Shown: piece by piece, positions 10,502 to 21,012 of the stretch
Position numbering within the stretch: the stretch's first letter is position 1
Layout of the letters: each line of letters opens with the position of its first letter
IMG/VR virus record: IMGVR_UViG_3300024502_000010
Coordinates: 140,830 to 204,829 of that record
DNA length: 64,000 nucleotides
Direction: 5' to 3' (one strand)
Position numbers and translations under genes: made by a program
Notes under the pieces: generated by a model
Databases searched by the model: none
What the model was told of the DNA's origin: nothing
What the model saw: only the letters and a program-made list of their open reading frames with translations

Positions 10502-11355
10502 AACACAATCCAGTTTTCTACATAAAGGTCTTTAGTATCTTTATCGGCATAAGAAGGTCCAAACCAATTTTTAGGTGCAATGACCTTTTTATTTGGATTA
10601 GAAATTAACCAAGCACCCCACCAACTCATACTACTATTAGCAATAATAGCATGAGAACACAGAGACATCAAGCACAAATCGGAGTATGGAGTATAGGAAC
10701 CATCTGCATATTTTTCCTGTGGTTCAGAATGAAGAAAGCGATCACCAGAGAAAAACTCCTGTTCCTTTACCCATTCGGGAGAGTCGGAAAAAATAACAAC
10801 TGGTTGCTCATCATCAAACTCTGCTAATGCTTTTTCATAGTATTCAATTGTTTGTGGAGGATGTTGCGAAGAACACTGAGTATAACTCCACTTAAATCCA
10901 CGAGGGTCTGTAAGATTAGGATCACCTCTACGAACATGAAGCATAATCGGTTCTTGTCCTTCAAGGGAACTCATCATTTCTTTACATGGTCCAAGATGCT
11001 CATCGTGAAATGTAAAGTCTTTTCTAATTTCATCTGAAATATGTTTGAAATATTTTTCAGATTGAAAGAACCCGTGAATACTTACATCATTTGGGCAATT
11101 TTCAAAGAGTTCATCATCAAAGTGAAAGAACCTTTCCTGAACATATCCAAAATCATCTCTGACTGCTAAGTTTTCCTCCTTAACAGATTCTAACTTAAAA
11201 CACTGATGAAGACTGTAATTTTCAATACCGTTTCTGTTGAATGGGGGGATACACCAATTATATCCATGCTTGGCAGCAATACCTCTCACTGCTGCATATT
11301 CGAACATTTGATTTCCAAGTCTACCAAGATTTCCAATCTGATTAAATGCTAACAT
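10498..11355 (-). CDS. Alpha-1,2-fucosyltransferase family (GT11)
   Basis: GRLGNQMFEYA, GFFQSEKYF, HVRRGD, IIANSSMSWW. Confidence 0.92.
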   Translation of the reverse strand: MLAFNQIGNLGRLGNQMFEYAAVRGIAAKHGYNWCIPPFNRNGIENYSLHQCFKLESVKEENLAVRDDFGYVQERFFHFDDELFENCPNDVSIHGFFQSEKYFKHISDEIRKDFTFHDEHLGPCKEMMSSLEGQEPIMLHVRRGDPNLTDPRGFKWSYTQCSSQHPPQTIEYYEKALAEFDDEQPVVIFSDSPEWVKEQEFFSGDRFLHSEPQEKYADGSYTPYSDLCLMSLCSHAIIANSSMSWWGAWLISNPNKKVIAPKNWFGPSYADKDTKDLYVENWIVL

Positions 11356-12157
11356 ATTTTTTAAGATAATTTTGCTTAGAATAATATTCTTTTAATTGCT
11401 CTTTATTCATAGTTTGAATTTTTTCCCACTCTTGCATATTTGATTGCATATGTGGATTACTAAACCAAGAATTTTCCCCTCGACTATGTTCTAAGTGATA
11501 AACATAATCAGTAATCCTACCTACATTATAATCTAAAGTAGTAAACCTGTAAAATCTTTCTTTATCTTCTGGTGCATATGCTTTGAAATTTTCATTTTCC
11601 ATCCCACCATCAATGTAGACTTTACGATTAAAGAACTGAACCCAACCAAAGTCAGAAGTATGAAGATTAGAATTCTTATCGAGCACTTGATAATCTTTTG
11701 TTTCTAAAAATTCAGAGACAATCTCATCAGTTGCTCTAACCTGATACTGATGCATTCCTTGTCCATAAGGATAGATTACATCGTGAGTATGATGAAGAAT
11801 AGATTGATATGCTTCATGATATGAATCTAAAGGAAGCAAAACATCACAGTCATAATTTACAACGATTTCTGTTTTGGATTCGGCAATCATTTCATTCAGA
11901 ACTCTTTGACGATGAAATAGAGGATCATCACTCTTCTCAAAGATATGGTTCACATTTATTTCAACATCCAAAATATCCTTGAGAATGGGAAGAGCATCCT
12001 TTTGAAAAACTGATTCTGAATCTACTTCTTTGATGGTGATATTAGTATCAAAATTTTCCAGAAGAAACGCCGTTGTTGTAATAACATTACGCAACCTATC
12101 TTGAGATTCAATCCGAATAGGAATAATAAATGTTGCTTCCTTTAAATCAATTTTCAT
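11342..12157 (-). CDS. GT-A fold glycosyltransferase (GT2/GT7-like)
   Basis: FIIPIR, VNYDCD, GGMENENF..Y..ED, HLEH. Confidence 0.75.
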   Translation of the reverse strand: MKIDLKEATFIIPIRIESQDRLRNVITTTAFLLENFDTNITIKEVDSESVFQKDALPILKDILDVEINVNHIFEKSDDPLFHRQRVLNEMIAESKTEIVVNYDCDVLLPLDSYHEAYQSILHHTHDVIYPYGQGMHQYQVRATDEIVSEFLETKDYQVLDKNSNLHTSDFGWVQFFNRKVYIDGGMENENFKAYAPEDKERFYRFTTLDYNVGRITDYVYHLEHSRGENSWFSNPHMQSNMQEWEKIQTMNKEQLKEYYSKQNYLKKYVSI

Positions 12158-12902
12158 CTGGATACTTCCTGTTCATGCAAAAATCTCTATGCTTATCCTG
12201 TATATAATGATATTCTTTGGTATTGATTAACCACCCACCTTCCGGATGTTCAATTGCAGCATCATATTGAGAGGTTTGTTGACTACTAATTCTATCATCA
12301 TGATCTCTATTTGCAACTAATGTATCTTCAATAATATGAGGCATACCATTTTCCCACCTCATGCGATGATAAAATTCTGTGTCTAAAAATAGTTTCAAAT
12401 TTTCATCAAAGTGTTGTTTAGAAGTATTCAAAAAAGAGACAACTGTTGGACTACTTAAAAGATTTCTTCCCTCCAACATATAGTCAGACCACTTTGGAGT
12501 TTTGTAATCATAAAATTGTTTGCCATCTTTAGTTCCACAGAATCCACTAAATGCCCACTTACAATTAGTTTGTTTATATTCTTGGTCTATTATTTCAAGA
12601 GCAGAATCGTTCACAAAAATATCATCAGAGAACATAATCTTAATTATCTCTCCCTCACACTCATCTAAAGCAATATTAATATTTTCGCAGGGAACTTTTC
12701 CTTCATACCTCACATACTTAAACTCAAAGTCATCAGAGTATTCTTGACAGACATTCAAGATATTATCATTTTTACTCTGGTCAGAAACAACAATTTCCAA
12801 ATCAAGAAGAGTTTGCCTCTTAATGGAATCAAGCAGTTCTCTCATCCATATTGAACCATTTTCTCCACGGTCATGGGCAGGAATAGCAATAGAAAATCTC
12901 AT
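12147..12902 (-). CDS. Glycosyltransferase family 2
   Basis: FSIAIPAH, IVVSDQS, MFSDD, FDENL. Confidence 0.8.
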   Translation of the reverse strand: MRFSIAIPAHDRGENGSIWMRELLDSIKRQTLLDLEIVVSDQSKNDNILNVCQEYSDDFEFKYVRYEGKVPCENINIALDECEGEIIKIMFSDDIFVNDSALEIIDQEYKQTNCKWAFSGFCGTKDGKQFYDYKTPKWSDYMLEGRNLLSSPTVVSFLNTSKQHFDENLKLFLDTEFYHRMRWENGMPHIIEDTLVANRDHDDRISSQQTSQYDAAIEHPEGGWLINTKEYHYIQDKHRDFCMNRKYPDEN

Positions 12903-13702
12903 CAGATTCTCTCCCAACCATCAGGAACTAAATCTTTATCATCAACATCCGAACTTGGTCCAAACCAATTCTTGGGACAAATAACTTTTTCACTTTTAGC
13001 AAGCCAAGCACCCCACCAACTAAAAGTACTTGCAGCAATGATATGATATTGGCACATGGACATGAGGCACATATCATGAATATTATCACTTGATTCCGAA
13101 ATTAAAAATCTATCATCCTCAAACAAATTACTATTCTGACACCACTTTGGTTCATCGGAAAATACAATTACAGGAATATCTTGCGGAAGTTTAGAAAGTG
13201 CTTCAGCAAAATATTCATCTGTCTGAAGATAATGATAATCTTTTTTCTCCACTTGATCGGTTCTTCTTACATGCAAAGAAATTGCTTTACCTTCGGGAAC
13301 TACTTGATCGAATATTTCTTTGCAGGTATTCCAAACATCATCTCTCCAAGTAAAGTCTTGGCGAATTTCATTTTCAATGTGCCAGAAATATCTTTCGGAT
13401 TGAAAATATCCATAGAGATTAATATCATCAGGACATCTTTTCACAAGTTCTTTATCATATCCGAAAGAACTTTCTTGTTTGTATGGTGCTTTCAATAATC
13501 CAACATTTTTAAGTCCCGACATTTTAAATGCCATGAAAAGTTTATGTTGGTTTTCTTCATCATAAAACTCTTCATCGGTTCTTGGTCCATCAGGAATAAT
13601 AAAATCATATCCACGAGCAGCAGCGATACCCCTCGTTGATGCATATTGGAACATTTGATTCCCAAATCTCCCATTTTTACCTAAGTGATTATGTCCTATC
13701 AT
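12902..13702 (-). CDS. Alpha-1,2-fucosyltransferase family (GT11)
   Basis: GRFGNQMFQYA, GYFQSERYF, HVRRTD, STFSWW. Confidence 0.9.
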   Translation of the reverse strand: MIGHNHLGKNGRFGNQMFQYASTRGIAAARGYDFIIPDGPRTDEEFYDEENQHKLFMAFKMSGLKNVGLLKAPYKQESSFGYDKELVKRCPDDINLYGYFQSERYFWHIENEIRQDFTWRDDVWNTCKEIFDQVVPEGKAISLHVRRTDQVEKKDYHYLQTDEYFAEALSKLPQDIPVIVFSDEPKWCQNSNLFEDDRFLISESSDNIHDMCLMSMCQYHIIAASTFSWWGAWLAKSEKVICPKNWFGPSSDVDDKDLVPDGWERI

Positions 13703-14403
13703 TCTAATACAACTCCTGGAGGCAATCTATAATGAAATCCGAAGGGAGTGATCCCTTCACACTCAGGAACTCTTGCTTCCTGAGAAAATTTAACAGCAAC
13801 TTCAACCGGAGCAAACTTACATCCTTGCTCAACAAATATGTGTCTGTTGTGTACACATATGTTTCCGTCCTCATGATAGTTAACAACTCCAGGGGGCATC
13901 CAATAGAAATCACTATTGTTTACCTCCCAAGGAACTTCAACTTTATTTGGAACATTTAGAAGTTTTTTACTTCTCAAAGAAAATCCACCATTACCAACTC
14001 GATGATGATTTCCAAAAGGATCAATATAAGAATCCTCAACATATTCCCAAGGAGCGCCTATGTAATCATATTCCAACCAACTATCATCCCACTTTTCGGG
14101 GAACAAAACAAATCCATCTGGTTGAACTAACAAACAGTGAGATGTTTCTATATGTTCACAAATTTTATAAATTACATAATAATTATAATCGTTGTAATTA
14201 TTAACTTCTATTGTAGGTTCTTCTAAGATAATTCCATCATTTTCAAGTTGATCTTTATGTTTTTCTATTTGCTCTTTTGTTGTTACTAATTTAACAGCAC
14301 CATAATTAATACCACTCATACTTGTATATAAAGCACGAAGGGTTTTATCAATTTCTCCAGTAGTGTCTATAGTAAACAGAGTTACATCAGGAAGATTAAT
14401 CAT
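13699..14403 (-). CDS. DUF5672-like putative glycosyltransferase
   Basis: QPDGFV, YDYIGAPW, VGNGGFSLRSKK, ED, FGFH. Confidence 0.75.
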   Translation of the reverse strand: MINLPDVTLFTIDTTGEIDKTLRALYTSMSGINYGAVKLVTTKEQIEKHKDQLENDGIILEEPTIEVNNYNDYNYYVIYKICEHIETSHCLLVQPDGFVLFPEKWDDSWLEYDYIGAPWEYVEDSYIDPFGNHHRVGNGGFSLRSKKLLNVPNKVEVPWEVNNSDFYWMPPGVVNYHEDGNICVHNRHIFVEQGCKFAPVEVAVKFSQEARVPECEGITPFGFHYRLPPGVVLE

Positions 14404-14421
14404 ATATTATTTTTATTATTC

Positions 14422-14961
14422 TCAACCAATCCAGAAACCAATCAGAGCATCAAAATTATGAGCAGGTCCATGGGTTTTATCCAACTTAAATCCAAGTTCT
14501 TCATAATCAGATTCGTACCAAGAACTCAGATGAGATTCATGAATATTACCATACATCTCACCTTGCTCATAAACACCATTTGGAGTTTGGATTATAATAA
14601 GAGAAAAATATTCTTTTGCTTCTTCCAAAAGTTTTTTAGAAGCATCCATCTCCAGATGCTCTGGACCATCAGACCAATATAAAATATTTTTATCTTTCTC
14701 TTCTTTGTTTACATACTGAGCGAAATTTTCAACAGAATCACATACTACAGTAGCATTATATTCTTCCTTCGGAAATGCATTAGCATTAGGTTCAAAAATT
14801 TCAATAAGAGTTATATTACAATTCCTCTCTTTAAAGAAATCATACTGCCACATATGAGAATCTGGTCTCCATCCAACAGTATAAACATTAGTATTTTGCT
14901 TCACACTATTAGTCAACTCTCTGGAATACTCTTCACGCATTCCATCCAAATAAAAATCCAT
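14422..14961 (-). CDS. Hypothetical, possibly degenerate methyltransferase fold
   Basis: TLIEIFEPN, GPEHL, IIIQTPNG, HESHLSSW. Confidence 0.55.
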   Translation of the reverse strand: MDFYLDGMREEYSRELTNSVKQNTNVYTVGWRPDSHMWQYDFFKERNCNITLIEIFEPNANAFPKEEYNATVVCDSVENFAQYVNKEEKDKNILYWSDGPEHLEMDASKKLLEEAKEYFSLIIIQTPNGVYEQGEMYGNIHESHLSSWYESDYEELGFKLDKTHGPAHNFDALIGFWIG

Positions 14962-14962
14962 T

Positions 14963-16036
14963 CTATTTCTCCAATAATCTTTGCAGTTTATTTATTTTTA
15001 CTAAAGCACCTTCGGACATATTAGTTCCGCGATTAGGAACTATAAAGTAATCCAATTCTATAGAGCTAGCAATATTATACAATGTATACATGCAATCTGT
15101 AAACACATACTCTATAAATTTTGTACCTTTAGGGCAGAATATTATATTATAATTTGCTCCGCCATGGCACCCAACTACAGTATGTGCATTTTTAAAAATA
15201 TCAAATGTTTCTTCAATCGTATAATTTGTGTCAATATAATCTATAAAATTCAAATCGTTTTTCTCTGCATATTGTTTCAAGTAATCAACAGTTTCTTCTT
15301 CATTAATAAAAATTCTTGAGGTTGCTGTTTTGTTTCTGTTCAGATAAATTAAATTTTTATTTTCAAATTTCTCATCTCTCAATATAAACTCATTAGCCTC
15401 TTGATAGAAAAAGTTATTCCACCAATAACAAGGCATATGATTATTACAATCAAGTAGATATAACTTGTTTGCTCTTGCTAAAATTTCAGCATACCTAAAT
15501 GGAGTATAATTTGGAACATAATATACTGGGTTTTTTAAATTTAATTTATTGAGAAAAAAGTCAGATATAGATTTCTTATTAACACCTTCATATAATAAAA
15601 TTGTTACATCAGGATTCTGTTCAAGAAATTCTCTTGCAAATGCGATAATGGGTAGAGCATCTTGAACAAAGTGTTGCCATATATAACCACCATAATTTAG
15701 AGCAGAGAATACTCGGTCAAACTCTAAGTCAACATATGATGGTTCTATATTTAAAGCTTCTACCCTACTTCCCTCACAATAATAAGTAAAGTTTTCAATA
15801 CCTATCATTCTAAAGTAGGAATTATCATATTCTTTCAATAAAAATTCATTAAATGGTAGTTTAAACTCTTCACCATCCCACAACTTGGGATAGTTTATTT
15901 CCCTCTCGCCCAAGAAAATCATTCCCGTACTCTTAGCATCACTAAGAGAAACTACATCTTCATCACTATCAACCTTGATTGGATATGAATAGTGCTTCTC
16001 TTTCTCGCTTAATACTTTTTCTTTAATGATTTTCAT
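14963..16036 (-). CDS. Glycosyltransferase family 61 (DUF563)
   Basis: YIWQHF..D, IYLNR...RIFINE, VVGCHGGANYNIIFC...IE. Confidence 0.8.
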   Translation of the reverse strand: MKIIKEKVLSEKEKHYSYPIKVDSDEDVVSLSDAKSTGMIFLGEREINYPKLWDGEEFKLPFNEFLLKEYDNSYFRMIGIENFTYYCEGSRVEALNIEPSYVDLEFDRVFSALNYGGYIWQHFVQDALPIIAFAREFLEQNPDVTILLYEGVNKKSISDFFLNKLNLKNPVYYVPNYTPFRYAEILARANKLYLLDCNNHMPCYWWNNFFYQEANEFILRDEKFENKNLIYLNRNKTATSRIFINEEETVDYLKQYAEKNDLNFIDYIDTNYTIEETFDIFKNAHTVVGCHGGANYNIIFCPKGTKFIEYVFTDCMYTLYNIASSIELDYFIVPNRGTNMSEGALVKINKLQRLLEK

Positions 16037-16039
16037 AGA

Positions 16040-16984
16040 TTATTTCACGTAATAATTATCCCGCTCTTCCTTACACACACTACCCGGATATAAATCTCCA
16101 TCAGTATCCAACCATAACCATCTTTCATCATTTACGATTCCATCTTCAGGTCTCCACCAACCATTAGAGCGAGACCAATCAAACCAATACTTAGGTGCAA
16201 TTACATTAATAAGTTCATTATTAGTCCAAACTGGCCAAAATGCAAAAGTAGATGCTGAAATAATAGCATACTTAGCAGTATTCAAAATACTATAATCAAT
16301 AGATACTGGACCACCAGGATAAATATACCAACTGATATTCTTTTGGTAAGGATCCTTTTCTTCAGAAATTGCAGATCCAACAATCTTAACACCAGGAACT
16401 AATTGACCAGCAAACTCTGGGTCATCAGTAATGATTACAAACTCAATATCTGGATTATTTTCTTTCATATGCTTCATAGCAAATCGATAATACTCAGCAG
16501 GTAGTACCGAATGCCCAGTTTTGTAGTCACCACCCCTAATTTGAATTACACAGATATTTTCCGAAGAATAGTCCCGGACTTTATATTTGTCGTCATAAGA
16601 TAACCAGTCACATATTTTATCTCGATAATCTTCAATATAAGACATCCTCTGGAAGTTACCATTAATATAAGTATTATCCTTTACTGTAAAGAAATTTTTA
16701 TCTGCTGCTCCAATTTCTCCAGGAGCAGTTTTATGATGGATGCTTTCTTCTTCATAATAATGTAAGATACCATCGGGAAGTTCTCTACAGTCATAAAAAT
16801 CAGATGCTTGTTCTACATTAAGAGAGATATCTTTTCCAAAATCAAAATTTAAAAATGGACCTCTCCAACCGGGTGAACTAATCGCATAATCATAACCCAA
16901 ACGATCAGCAAAGACACGACAACAAACCGCTCTCCAGATTTGGTTTCCCAAACCCGCGTGTTCATGAATACTTACTGCTAACAT
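16040..16984 (-). CDS. GT11-like glycosyltransferase
   Basis: AGLGNQIW, GNFQ, QIRGGDY, ASTFAFWP. Confidence 0.8.
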   Translation of the reverse strand: MLAVSIHEHAGLGNQIWRAVCCRVFADRLGYDYAISSPGWRGPFLNFDFGKDISLNVEQASDFYDCRELPDGILHYYEEESIHHKTAPGEIGAADKNFFTVKDNTYINGNFQRMSYIEDYRDKICDWLSYDDKYKVRDYSSENICVIQIRGGDYKTGHSVLPAEYYRFAMKHMKENNPDIEFVIITDDPEFAGQLVPGVKIVGSAISEEKDPYQKNISWYIYPGGPVSIDYSILNTAKYAIISASTFAFWPVWTNNELINVIAPKYWFDWSRSNGWWRPEDGIVNDERWLWLDTDGDLYPGSVCKEERDNYYVK

Positions 16985-16986
16985 AA

Positions 16987-17583
16987 TTATCTCCGATGAT
17001 ATTTGTTACTGTATTTTTTTCTCAAAATAGTAAGACCATTATTCCAAGGAAGTGTTGACCATTCCCAGAATTGTGGGTCAAGTTCTGCTACTGCTCTATA
17101 TGGACCACCACCAGCCCATTGACCATCTTTAAGTGTAAGATCAGAATGGTAGAATGGGTCAGTGCTTCCATACATCAAATCGTGCAAAAGAATAACACTT
17201 GTTGGACCAACTAATTCATCAAGAAGTTCTAACTGCTTTTTAACATGAGGATATGAATGCCAGTCATCGACATAAACAACATCTATTTTTTTATCCTTAG
17301 GCCAATCTTCAAGGAACTTGATACTATCTCCTTGATGAAATGTATAGTTGCCATTATTTGGTTTAAATTCTGACGGTGGATTAAGATCAACAGACCACAG
17401 ATGTCCGTTATTTAACTTTGCTGCTTCATATAAAGGTTCTGTGGTATGTCCTTCCCTAACACCAAGTTCAACATATGTAGAACCTTTAGATGCCAAAGCG
17501 ATTGAAAAAATTGTAATAATATGCCTATCAGAATCTAGGTTTCCGTTTAAAGCTTTATTACAAAAATCAGTTAGATACTTCAT
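16987..17583 (-). CDS. SAM-dependent methyltransferase (Methyltransf_24-like)
   Basis: YVELGVREG, GDSIKF, VYVDDWHSY, LLHD. Confidence 0.85.
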   Translation of the reverse strand: MKYLTDFCNKALNGNLDSDRHIITIFSIALASKGSTYVELGVREGHTTEPLYEAAKLNNGHLWSVDLNPPSEFKPNNGNYTFHQGDSIKFLEDWPKDKKIDVVYVDDWHSYPHVKKQLELLDELVGPTSVILLHDLMYGSTDPFYHSDLTLKDGQWAGGGPYRAVAELDPQFWEWSTLPWNNGLTILRKKYSNKYHRR

Positions 17584-18516
17584 TTAATTCGTGTACTTAT
17601 TTACGATATTATCAAAAAATTTTGGAAGTGTCAATCCAGACAAATCCATTTTTTGAGCTTTTTGGAATAAATGATCGTTTTCTATTAATAGATTTTCATT
17701 TACTTCGGAGTATTTATCCACAAAAAGAACAGGGTAATCTGCAAATAAAGTTTCCAAATAAAGATGCCTCTTCATAATTGGAACTCTTCTCATATAAAGA
17801 ACTTCCCAATTACGATGACAATCAATAGCATTTCCTCTTGGGCATATCATAAATTTTGATTGACTAAGATTATAAAGAAACACAGAAAAAGAAACTCTAT
17901 TTTCATGTACCACTGCCCAAGATTTATTCCTGAACATTTCTTTTATTCCCTTCCTTTCTTCATTGGAAGATTCGTTGTGACTCACATATAAAAGTCCGGG
18001 AGGATTATTTGGAAGATTTTTTGAAGCGCCTTTAATTTCAGATACTCTCATATCATTAGGATTCATTGCTCTCTGCAGTCCATAAGGAGCTGGGATAACT
18101 TTTCCACCATTAGCAATAGCATTTACTGCAGAAATGCACAAAACATTATTGGGTATCAAGTCAAAGATATAATCATCAATGGGAGTATCCTCAAGATTTG
18201 TGAAAATAATAAAATTCATTTCAGGAAAATTTGAGCAAAGATTTAATAAATCACTCCTTTCCATTAATGAATTGACATATGGTCTATCAGAATCACTAAC
18301 CTCAACAATATGTCTTTTATATAAACGAATATTATCAATAAACAGAGTCATATAATCTCTGCTTTTTTTAATCTCAAATAATCTATTAACGAATTCAAGA
18401 TTCAATAAATTAGCATCTTTCATAAATGATGTAAAAATATTCCCCCATTGACCAGACTGGTCTCCGAAAGAATAATCACATAGTTTTGAAAGTGCTACAC
18501 CTTCAATCAATTCCAT
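17584..18516 (-). CDS. Exostosin (GT47)-like glycosyltransferase
   Basis: SKFMICPRGNAIDCHRNWEVLYMRRVPI. Confidence 0.75.
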   Translation of the reverse strand: MELIEGVALSKLCDYSFGDQSGQWGNIFTSFMKDANLLNLEFVNRLFEIKKSRDYMTLFIDNIRLYKRHIVEVSDSDRPYVNSLMERSDLLNLCSNFPEMNFIIFTNLEDTPIDDYIFDLIPNNVLCISAVNAIANGGKVIPAPYGLQRAMNPNDMRVSEIKGASKNLPNNPPGLLYVSHNESSNEERKGIKEMFRNKSWAVVHENRVSFSVFLYNLSQSKFMICPRGNAIDCHRNWEVLYMRRVPIMKRHLYLETLFADYPVLFVDKYSEVNENLLIENDHLFQKAQKMDLSGLTLPKFFDNIVNKYTN

Positions 18517-19361
18517 GGCGTAATAAATTCTGAATATTTTTCTTGATTATCTACAATGTACTGTGGAAATGATTCATCTATAGGAACAGGAAAATAATTT
18601 ACACCTCTACCCAAAGGGTCTTTCTTTTCACTGACTATATCTTCGGCATTCACTATTATTGAAGGTTGAGCATCGGCACCTGCGACCATTTTTTGTTTAT
18701 ATCTTTCCACACCACCAAAATAACTCCAATGCCATCCACCATCTTGAATTCGATAAGATTCATTCCACATACTATCTCTCAGTTTGTCTATAGAAAGATT
18801 TTTTATTTTTTTCCAAGTACAAATTCTTGAACCTCTCCAATTATCATGATAATGAGTATTAAGATTATAATAAAATGCTCTCTGCATTGCAACATATAAA
18901 TTATTAGGATTAAACCAATTTAGATTTTCTAAAATTAATGGATTTACAATTTCATCAGCATCACTTGTTATAACAATATCATCATCAGTCACTCCTGCTT
19001 TTTCAATCGAGACTGCAGTATAATTTCTTGCATACATATCCCTTTGATAGGGGAGAGGAATATCAATATATCTTTGTCCACAATTTGGATCAATGTCTTC
19101 ATATGCAGTATGAAATTTTTGTTTTTCTAAAAATGCAGTAAAATCCACAGGGATTTCATCCATTACATCATGAATAACCTTATCGTTAAATTTGGAAAAA
19201 CGTTCTTTGTTCTCCAAATAATAAAGAGGTTTTTCATCACCCATAGTAGTATATGGACATTCTGTTATAACAAAATAATCCACATAGTCATAAAGGAGAT
19301 TGAAACGTATTTCAAGTATCTCTAACTCATTAAAAAATCTAAAGGAATCAAATATTTTCAT
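18507..19361 (-). CDS. Glycosyltransferase family 17 (beta-1,4-GlcNAc transferase-like)
   Basis: FNELEILEIR...VDYFVITE, SDADEI, GWHWSY. Confidence 0.85.
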   Translation of the reverse strand: MKIFDSFRFFNELEILEIRFNLLYDYVDYFVITECPYTTMGDEKPLYYLENKERFSKFNDKVIHDVMDEIPVDFTAFLEKQKFHTAYEDIDPNCGQRYIDIPLPYQRDMYARNYTAVSIEKAGVTDDDIVITSDADEIVNPLILENLNWFNPNNLYVAMQRAFYYNLNTHYHDNWRGSRICTWKKIKNLSIDKLRDSMWNESYRIQDGGWHWSYFGGVERYKQKMVAGADAQPSIIVNAEDIVSEKKDPLGRGVNYFPVPIDESFPQYIVDNQEKYSEFITPWN

Positions 19362-20019
19362 AAATTTTTTCTCTGGACAAATAGGTTATCATTCTTTCAT
19401 TTGGACTATAATCTTTAATAGAATAAGAATAATCATTTTCATTATCGGAAAAAACCATATTACAAAAATCTCTTAAGGCAGCGGTTACTTGTCCCATATC
19501 ACAATCATCGATTAAGATATTTTCTATTCCCAATTTTCCACAATTTACCAAATCGGAAATAGCACATTCGTAACTATGTCCACCATCTACCCATGCCATA
19601 TCAAATGGAATGTCATCTGGGTTGTCAAAAGAAGTTAAAGTTTCTAAAGAATCTCCGGGAAAAAAAGTAATAAAATTTTCACCATAAAGTTCATTAATTG
19701 CATCAACACAAAGTTGACTTTCCTCATTAATACCAAAAGTATAAACTTTTACTTCAGGTATTTCTTTTTTAACAACGTAAGAATAAAATCCCTTAAAAGT
19801 TCCAATTTCCAAGATATACTTTGGTTGAATCTTTTGCAAATATTTTTTATGAAATTTTAATTGGTGAACCATATTTTCAGCTGTTCTCCAATTAAATAAT
19901 CCACCTTCACTATGATCAAACATTCCTTCCAATTTGGAAAGAAATTCATAATCATATTCCAGCAGTTCCGATTTAGATTCAAAATCTTGTTTTGTAATTT
20001 CGATAGTTCTAGTTGTCAT
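19348..20019 (-). CDS. SAM-dependent methyltransferase (Methyltransf_24-like)
   Basis: ILEIGTFKG, GDSLETL, WVDGGHSY, IDD. Confidence 0.85.
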   Translation of the reverse strand: MTTRTIEITKQDFESKSELLEYDYEFLSKLEGMFDHSEGGLFNWRTAENMVHQLKFHKKYLQKIQPKYILEIGTFKGFYSYVVKKEIPEVKVYTFGINEESQLCVDAINELYGENFITFFPGDSLETLTSFDNPDDIPFDMAWVDGGHSYECAISDLVNCGKLGIENILIDDCDMGQVTAALRDFCNMVFSDNENDYSYSIKDYSPNERMITYLSREKIYENI

Positions 20020-21012
20020 TTAATTTCTCCAATAATCGTAAATGTCTTTAGTAACTTCATATTCCATACTCTTCACTTTTCTATTCGGTTGCTTCATAGC
20101 CCAGATAAACATACTTTCAATTAGTTCTTCAAGTTTTGTTTCATCCCTGAATTCTAACATACTTTTTGCTTTTGTATGATCACAATATGCGTGCTTAACT
20201 TCATGTCTTGGTTCACCATGTTCAATAGGAACTTCATATCCATATTTCTTACCAATCTTCTGTACGGTTTCAGCAACCTCATTCAAAGTAAAATGTTTAT
20301 CGGCACCAATATTAAAAATTTCTCCATCATATTCTGTAAGAAGTTTATCAAATGGTTCCATATAATATTTGATATCGGAGAAAGCACGAGTCTGTTCCCC
20401 ATCACCATAAACAAGAATTGGTTGACCATTCAAAGTTTTGCGAATGAAAATACCAATCACATTTCGATAACGGTCCCAAATGTTTTGGTAAATTCCAAGA
20501 ACATTATGAGGACGAACAATATTGTATCGAAGTCCAAACTGTTCGTGAGCTAATTTTAAATCACACTCGACAGCATACTTAGCAATACCATATGGGTCAA
20601 TTGGTTGAGGACGCTTATCTTCAGTGAATGGTGGTTCTTGCTCACCATAGACTGCCATACTAGAGGTGAAAATCATTTTAGTATCGTGCTTGATACATTC
20701 ATTAATTAAATTGGCAGAACAAATAAGATTGTTTCTATAGTTATAGTTTCGAATAAAAGGTGATAGTCCTTCAGCAGCATATGCAGCAAAATGCAAAAGG
20801 ACATCTGGTTTATGTTCTTCGAACAATTCAACTACTTTTTTTCTCCTTTCAAGATCAAATTTTGCAAATGTAAAATTTTCTGCCTTTGGAAGAAACGCTT
20901 TATATCCACCAGAAAGATCATCAATACCTATTACCTTATGACCGTTCGCTAAAAGATGTCGAGTATAATTGGACCCAAGGAGTCCCGCGCATCCAGTAAC
21001 AAATATCTTCAT
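20020..21012 (-). CDS. NAD-dependent nucleotide-sugar epimerase/dehydratase
   Basis: TGCAGLLGS, SSMAVYG, YGIAK, RPHNVLG. Confidence 0.92.
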   Translation of the reverse strand: MKIFVTGCAGLLGSNYTRHLLANGHKVIGIDDLSGGYKAFLPKAENFTFAKFDLERRKKVVELFEEHKPDVLLHFAAYAAEGLSPFIRNYNYRNNLICSANLINECIKHDTKMIFTSSMAVYGEQEPPFTEDKRPQPIDPYGIAKYAVECDLKLAHEQFGLRYNIVRPHNVLGIYQNIWDRYRNVIGIFIRKTLNGQPILVYGDGEQTRAFSDIKYYMEPFDKLLTEYDGEIFNIGADKHFTLNEVAETVQKIGKKYGYEVPIEHGEPRHEVKHAYCDHTKAKSMLEFRDETKLEELIESMFIWAMKQPNRKVKSMEYEVTKDIYDYWRN

